A stretch of DNA of 63,845 bases, the filler included, from Octopus bimaculoides (Eukaryota), in the NCBI RefSeq assembly GCF_001194135.2. It is 4 parts of 4 records of this genome, joined end to end, with 100 filler letters (N's around TTAATTAATTAA, not from the genome) between each part and the next. Parts side by side here need not be neighbours in the genome. Positions count along the whole stretch, not along the records: positions 62,696 to 63,845 come from NC_068986.1; 3 more parts are not named here. One strand, written 5' to 3'. The position numbers were made by a program, and so were the translations under genes. A model generated the notes under the pieces. It saw only the letters and a list, made by a program, of their open reading frames with translations, was not told the origin of the DNA and did not search any database. Below, piece by piece: positions 63,600 through 63,845 of this stretch. The number at the start of each line of letters is the position of its first letter. The stretch's first letter is position 1.

Positions 63600-63845
63600 G
63601 TAATTCGACGAAACGCTTAGTCTAGAATAGGGGCAGCTGATGAAGGAAATATCCTCTATGTGGCGTGTTTGTTTTCTGTGGACTGTTTATGTTCTGTTTT
63701 TCATTTTTTCCACTTTTTTTTGTGACGTCCTGTACCCAGATATGCATCTATATATACATGTAGATGTAGGTATGTACATACATGTACGTATATATGCGTA
63801 TACTCACATATTATTTGTATTATATATATGTATATATATATATAT
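63600..63845 (+). repeat. Repeat family D with hammerhead half-motifs
   Basis: CGAAACGCTTAGTCTAGAATAGGGGCAGCTGATGAAGGAAATATCCT followed by the same body as 9626-9835. It runs off the window end. Confidence 0.8.

Overview
AT-rich eukaryotic genomic DNA, dense in microsatellites and TEs. Roughly a tenth of the window is N, and three 100-bp scaffold-join spacers break it into pieces of unverified order. The tRNA-derived SINE families look like those of an octopod cephalopod (from memory, not a database search). Only one convincing host coding exon was found (minus strand, 29024-28812, with good splice sites). The rest is intronic or intergenic and holds about 25 SINE copies plus decayed remnants of two Penelope-like elements (PLEs), Tx1-, CR1-, RTE- and R4/Dong-type LINEs, a Gypsy LTR element, mariner and DD37D/maT transposons and a Helitron. 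Almost all long ORFs in the supplied track are microsatellite or N-run artefacts. The most notable signal is non-coding: many type-I hammerhead ribozyme (HHR) motifs from several sequence families. Three have essentially intact cores and about eight are decayed, most have palindromic helix III, and several have an unusually long helix II. In four places HHR-bearing repeats form asymmetric head-to-head fold-back pairs whose short arm stops inside or next to the ribozyme. Three perfect zero-spacer palindromes (32-54 bp) also sit at repeat junctions. All folds and alignments were done by eye, so element boundaries are approximate.
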